In this document: positions 59,316 to 64,000 of the stretch, piece by piece
Numbering within the stretch: position 1 is the first letter of the stretch
How the letters are laid out: each line of letters begins with the position of its first letter
IMG/VR virus record: IMGVR_UViG_3300027759_000001
Direction: 5' to 3' (one strand)
DNA length: 64,000 nucleotides
Source of the DNA: a virus
Lineage: Duplodnaviria; Caudoviricetes
Position numbers and translations under genes: made by a program
The notes under the pieces: generated by a model
Databases searched by the model: none
Told to the model about the DNA's origin: nothing
The model's input: only the letters and a program-made list of their open reading frames with translations

Positions 59316-59323
59316 TATTTATA
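59316..59323 (+). promoter_or_regulatory. putative late promoter TATTTATA
   Basis: 13 nt upstream of ATG 59337. Confidence 0.65.
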
Positions 59324-59336
59324 TTAAAAGAATTTA

Positions 59337-61502
59337 ATGCCAAATCAAATAACATTAACGGTATCAACTGGAACACCACCATATAATATTTATGTGTGTG
59401 ATATAACAAATACGTATTGTTATTTTGCAACAACTTTTGTTGGTGGAACAATAACCTTTGATTCTCCGGCACCATTAGAATATACAACACCAATTTTAAT
59501 AAAAATAATTGATTCACGTAATTGTGAATCATTCCAATATTACCAATGTGTCCCTACTCCAACACCAACATTGACACCAACATTAACACCAACCCCAACT
59601 GGTCCTTGTACTTGTTGTTGTCTTGCGGTTAGTTGTAATAATGGTAGTGGAGGATCTTTCACTTATACCGATTGTTTTGGAAACGTTATAGGTAATGTTT
59701 TGGTTGCTGGTAATTCTATTGTGTATTATTGTGGTAGTAATGTTACTAATTTAAATAACGTTGCGGTTAATTATGGATCACCTTGTGTTAGTGGAACTTG
59801 TATATTACCTGTTCCAACTGCAACTCTTACACCAACTCAAACACCAACTCCCACTAACACTCAGACTTTAACGCCAACACCTACATTAACACAAACTGTA
59901 ACACAAACATTAACGCCAACTCAAACACCAACACCTACTAACACTCAGACTTTAACTCCAACACCTACATTAACACAAACGTTAACTCAAACTAATACTC
60001 AAACATTAACTCCAACACCAACTAATACTCAGACGTTAACACAAACATTAACACCAACTAATACTCAGCCTTTAACTCAAACACCTACATTAACACCTAC
60101 ATTAACACAAACAGTTACAAGAACTTTAACCCCAACACCTACATTAACAAAAACATTAACACAAACTGTAACACAAACTTTAACACCAACCCCAACTAAT
60201 ACTCAGACGTTAACGCAAACTTTAACTCCAACACCTACATTAACACCTACATTAACTCAAACTAACACTCAAACATTAACGCCAACTTTAACTCCAACAC
60301 CTACTAACACTCAGACTTTAACTCCAACTCCAACTAATACTCAAACTGTAACTCCAACTAACACACAAACTTTAACTCCAACTCCAACTAATACTCAGAC
60401 GTTAACGCAAACTTTAACTCCAACACCTACATTAACACCTACATTAACACAAACTAATACACAAACTTTAACGCCAACTCCAACTAACACACAAACATTA
60501 ACACAAACAGTTACGAAAACTTTAACTCCAACACCTACATTAACACAAACTAATACTCAAACTTTAACTCCAACTCCAACTAATACTCAGACGTTAACGC
60601 AAACTTTAACTCCAACACCTACATTAACACAAACAGTTACGGGAACTTTAACTCCAACACCTACTAACACTCAAACTTTAACGCAAACTGTAACACCAAC
60701 TTTAACTCCAACACCTACATTAACACAAACAGTTACAAGAACTTTAACCCCAACACCTACATTAACTCAAACTTTAACGCAAACTGTAACACCTACATTA
60801 ACACAAACGTTAACTCAAACTAATACTCAAACATTAACTCCAACTCCAACTAACACACAAACATTAACTCAAACTGTAACACAAACTTTAACTCCAACTC
60901 CAACTAATACTCAAACTCCAACTCCAACTAATACTCAAACTGTAACCCCAACTCAAACATTAACGCAAACAGTTACGGGAACTTTAACACCAACTCCAAC
61001 TAATACTCAGACATTAACTCAAACATTAACACAAACAGTTACGAAAACTTTAACTCCAACACCGACATTAACACAAACTGTAACACAAACTTTAACTCCA
61101 ACTCCAACTAATACTCAGACGTTAACACAAACGGTTACGAGAACTGTAACTCCAACACAGACGTTAACACAAACAGTTACAAAAACTTTAACTCCAACTC
61201 CTACACCAACTCAAACTTTAACACAAACATTAACACAAACAGTTACAAAAACTTTAACTCCAACACCTACATTAACTCAAACTTTAACACAAACATTAAC
61301 ACAAACAGTTACGAAAACTTTAACTCCAACACCTACATTAACTCAAACATTAACACAAACAGTTACGAAAACTTTAACTCCAACACCTACATTAACTCAA
61401 ACTGTAACACCAACTCTAACTAGAACCGTAACACCAACTTTAACTACAACACCAACTAAAACTCCAACACCTACATTAACAAAAACTAAACCTCTTCCAT
61501 AA
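59337..61502 (+). CDS. mucin-like Thr-X repeat protein with Cys-rich N-terminal domains
   Basis: Two Cys-rich domains followed by a Thr-X tract running to the C-terminus. Confidence 0.85.
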   Translation: MPNQITLTVSTGTPPYNIYVCDITNTYCYFATTFVGGTITFDSPAPLEYTTPILIKIIDSRNCESFQYYQCVPTPTPTLTPTLTPTPTGPCTCCCLAVSCNNGSGGSFTYTDCFGNVIGNVLVAGNSIVYYCGSNVTNLNNVAVNYGSPCVSGTCILPVPTATLTPTQTPTPTNTQTLTPTPTLTQTVTQTLTPTQTPTPTNTQTLTPTPTLTQTLTQTNTQTLTPTPTNTQTLTQTLTPTNTQPLTQTPTLTPTLTQTVTRTLTPTPTLTKTLTQTVTQTLTPTPTNTQTLTQTLTPTPTLTPTLTQTNTQTLTPTLTPTPTNTQTLTPTPTNTQTVTPTNTQTLTPTPTNTQTLTQTLTPTPTLTPTLTQTNTQTLTPTPTNTQTLTQTVTKTLTPTPTLTQTNTQTLTPTPTNTQTLTQTLTPTPTLTQTVTGTLTPTPTNTQTLTQTVTPTLTPTPTLTQTVTRTLTPTPTLTQTLTQTVTPTLTQTLTQTNTQTLTPTPTNTQTLTQTVTQTLTPTPTNTQTPTPTNTQTVTPTQTLTQTVTGTLTPTPTNTQTLTQTLTQTVTKTLTPTPTLTQTVTQTLTPTPTNTQTLTQTVTRTVTPTQTLTQTVTKTLTPTPTPTQTLTQTLTQTVTKTLTPTPTLTQTLTQTLTQTVTKTLTPTPTLTQTLTQTVTKTLTPTPTLTQTVTPTLTRTVTPTLTTTPTKTPTPTLTKTKPLP
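59817..61487 (+). repeat. Thr-X dipeptide-periodic tract (about 557 aa)
   Basis: [17 protein letters not shown]... with Thr at essentially every second residue. Confidence 0.95.
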
Positions 61503-61564
61503 TATATTTTAATTAAACTATTGTTTTTATTTTATTTAATTATATTTTTTATTAAAAAAGAAAT

Positions 61565-62812
61565 ATGAGAATATTTGTACAAATTGCATCTTACAGAGAT
61601 CCCCAATTAATCCCAACAATTAAAGATATGTTGGAAAAATCAAAAAAACCAAAAAACATTAGACTTGGTATCGCAAGACAATTTCACCCTGAAGACGGTT
61701 TTGACGATCTTTCAGAATATGAAAATGACAACAGATTTAGAATTTTAAATATACCTTACACCGATTCAACAGGAGTTTGTTGGGCAAGAAACTTGACACA
61801 ACAATTATATGAAGGTGAAGAATATACATTACAATTAGATTCTCACATGAGATTTGAACAGGATTGGGATGACACCTTAATCAAAATGATTAAACAATTA
61901 CAAAAGAAAGGATATAAGAAACCTTTGTTGACGGGATATGTTTCTTCATTTGATCCTGATAATGATCCACAAGGGAGAGTTAAAGAGCCATGGAGAATGG
62001 CATTTGACAGATTCACACCTGAAGGTTGTGTTTTCTTTTTACCTGAAACAATACCAGGTTGGGACAAATTAAAGTCTCCAATCCCCTCAAGATTTTATTC
62101 GGCACATTTCTGTTTTACTTTAGGTCAATTTTCAACTGAAGTACAACATGATCCTGAGTTTTATTTTCACGGAGAAGAAATTTCAATTGCGGTAAGAGCA
62201 TATACTCACGGATATGATTTATTCCACCCACATAAAACGGTTATTTGGCATGAGTATACTCGTAAGGGTAGAACAAAACAATGGGATGATGATAAAGAAT
62301 GGGGTAAACGAAATGAAAGATGTCATCAAAAGAATAGACAATTATTAGGTGTTGATGGTGAAGTTCCCGATAGTGATTTTGGGATCTATGGTTTAGGAAC
62401 TGAAAGAACAATACAAGATTATGAAAAATATTCTGGTCTATTATTTTCAAAAAGAGCGGTACAACAACACACATTAGATAAACAATACCCACCAAACCCT
62501 TACACATATAGTTCTGAAGAAGAATGGAAAGAATCTTTCTCTTCAATATTTAAACATTGTATTGATGTTAATTATGGTAGCGTACCTGAAACAGATTATG
62601 ATTTTTGGGTGGTAGCATTCCATAATGCAAAAGATGAAACGTTATATAGATTAGATGCTGGAATCGATGAGATTAATAGAATGAAAAATGATCCTGATGG
62701 TTATTGTAAAGTATGGAGAGAATTTAATGCTACGGATAAACCAACCTATTGGGTTGTATGGCCTCACTCTGTATCAAAAGGGTGGTGTGATAGATTAACA
62801 GGTAATTTATAA
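61565..62812 (+). CDS. GT60-like (Skp1/mucin-type) polypeptide N-acetylglucosaminyltransferase
   Basis: IFVQIASYRD, CWAR, LQLDSHMRF (DxH), FHGEEIS..VRAYTHGYD. Confidence 0.85.
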   Translation: MRIFVQIASYRDPQLIPTIKDMLEKSKKPKNIRLGIARQFHPEDGFDDLSEYENDNRFRILNIPYTDSTGVCWARNLTQQLYEGEEYTLQLDSHMRFEQDWDDTLIKMIKQLQKKGYKKPLLTGYVSSFDPDNDPQGRVKEPWRMAFDRFTPEGCVFFLPETIPGWDKLKSPIPSRFYSAHFCFTLGQFSTEVQHDPEFYFHGEEISIAVRAYTHGYDLFHPHKTVIWHEYTRKGRTKQWDDDKEWGKRNERCHQKNRQLLGVDGEVPDSDFGIYGLGTERTIQDYEKYSGLLFSKRAVQQHTLDKQYPPNPYTYSSEEEWKESFSSIFKHCIDVNYGSVPETDYDFWVVAFHNAKDETLYRLDAGIDEINRMKNDPDGYCKVWREFNATDKPTYWVVWPHSVSKGWCDRLTGNL

Positions 62813-62815
62813 AAT

Positions 62816-63529
62816 ATGACTTTAGCAGTAATAACTCAAATTAGGAATGAATCAAAAAGATTAAAAGAGTGGGTAGAATTTCATTCTTCTTTTCATAAAA
62901 TAGACCATTTTTTATTTTATTTAGATAATCCTGAAGATAATTCTGAAGAAATGTTAAATGAATTAAAAAAAACATATAGCATTGATTATAAATTTACAAA
63001 TCCTATTGGTGAATATAATGGCAATAATTGTACAATAGCAACAGAAAGACAAAAAGAATCGTTTAAAGATGGTTTTATATTTTTAAGAGATAAATTTGAT
63101 TGGGTTGCAATTTTTGACGTTGATGAATGGATTGTACCTAATAACATAGATGATTATGATTTAAAAAAAACGTTATCTGAAGTTAGTGAAAACATTCTTT
63201 ATCTTCCTATGTATAATTTTATCCCACCTTTTGATTACGATAAATCAATTACTGAACAAAATTTTTATAGATGGTCGTGTCAAGAACGAATAGATAATGA
63301 ACATTTAAGTTGTGGTAAATCAATTATTAGAGGTAAAATTTATTTAGATAGAATATTTGATGTAGATGTTCATATAGGTCCAGCTCTTGATGGATATAGA
63401 AATAATGTAGATTTTAATTCAACAAACCACACATTTAGGTTACATCAATTTCAAGGACATATGGGACATTCTAATAAAAAATATGAAATTTTTGATGACT
63501 CAATAAAAAAAATAATAAATAAAAAATAA
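62816..63529 (+). CDS. GT92 / Glyco_tranf_2_4-like glycosyltransferase
   Basis: NE..RLKEWVEFH, FLFYLD, WVAIFDVDEW, KSII. Confidence 0.8.
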   Translation: MTLAVITQIRNESKRLKEWVEFHSSFHKIDHFLFYLDNPEDNSEEMLNELKKTYSIDYKFTNPIGEYNGNNCTIATERQKESFKDGFIFLRDKFDWVAIFDVDEWIVPNNIDDYDLKKTLSEVSENILYLPMYNFIPPFDYDKSITEQNFYRWSCQERIDNEHLSCGKSIIRGKIYLDRIFDVDVHIGPALDGYRNNVDFNSTNHTFRLHQFQGHMGHSNKKYEIFDDSIKKIINKK

Positions 63530-63535
63530 AAAAAT

Positions 63536-64000
63536 ATGAAGAAAATTTTTATAGATGGTGGAGCAAGAATTGCCGAATCATTTGACATAATTAATCGTGA
63601 TATGCCTCAATACTCTAATTTTGAATTTATATTGTACGAACCTCACCCAAATCATACTGATTTTTTAGAAAATCTTTCTAAAGAAAAAAATTTTAAATTT
63701 GTTAATGGTGCTATTTGGGATAAAACAGGATTATCCGATTTTTATCTTGCTATTGATTTTTATGGTGATCAAGGAAGTACATTATGTGATGACAAAAAAG
63801 AAAAATTAGATTTAGAAAATCCTATTAAAGTTAACACATATGATATTGTTGATATATTAAATGAGTTTAGTGATGATGATTATATTGTATTAAAATTAGA
63901 TGTTGAGGGTGGAGAGTATGATATTATACAGAGATTAATAGATACTAATAATTTACATAGAGTTAATGAGTATATTATAGAATGGCATGACCAATTTTAT
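63536..64000 (+). CDS. FkbM-family methyltransferase (truncated by window end)
   Basis: MKKIFIDGGA..., GAIWDK, IVLKLDVEGGEY; open to the window end; absent from the ORF track. Confidence 0.85.
   Translation, partial: MKKIFIDGGARIAESFDIINRDMPQYSNFEFILYEPHPNHTDFLENLSKEKNFKFVNGAIWDKTGLSDFYLAIDFYGDQGSTLCDDKKEKLDLENPIKVNTYDIVDILNEFSDDDYIVLKLDVEGGEYDIIQRLIDTNNLHRVNEYIIEWHDQFY

Noticed and set aside
34386-61487. Repeat tracts as CRISPR arrays or satellite DNA
   Set aside because: No constant repeat with unique spacers; variation is concentrated at synonymous positions in one reading frame; no cas genes.
1-64000. Stop-codon reassignment as in some huge phages
   Set aside because: Code 11 gives dense, intact genes, and TAG and TGA terminate sensible ORFs (e.g. 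33865, 56468, 8504).
1-64000. tRNA, rRNA or mobile element genes
   Set aside because: Intergenic gaps are short and AT-rich with no cloverleaf or T-loop motifs seen; no transposase, integrase or HNH recognised. Checked by eye only.

Overview
64 kb segment of a large, AT-rich tailed phage with T4-like head morphogenesis, read in genetic code 11. The host is probably a Bacteroidota member (weak inference). Layout: (1) head module with gp21-like prohead protease, acidic scaffold and gp23-like major capsid protein; (2) putative head-internal, structural and baseplate genes, a gp5-like spike and a gp55-like late sigma factor; (3) a ~14 kb minus-strand island of glycosyltransferases and sugar-tailoring enzymes mixed with phoH, dut and an exonuclease; (4) a ~31 kb block of putative virion surface proteins, interleaved with protein-glycosyltransferase-like genes. 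Block 4 holds two giant proline-free Gly-X-Y repeat proteins with ~2000 repeat residues each, several Thr-X/Pro-Thr mucin-like proteins, and LamG, SPRY, fibrinogen and L-lectin modules on shared anchor domains. Its enzymes include a GT2-GT4-BAHT(heptosyltransferase)-methyltransferase fusion, a GT9-like enzyme and a GT60-like polypeptide HexNAc transferase directly after a 557-residue Thr-X mucin. The leading hypothesis (inference, untested) is a phage-encoded system that glycosylates mucin- and collagen-like virion fibres. A strand-oriented TATTTAT(A/T) motif, the reverse complement of the T4 late promoter, precedes about 17 genes. All family assignments come from motif recognition by eye; no searches were run.
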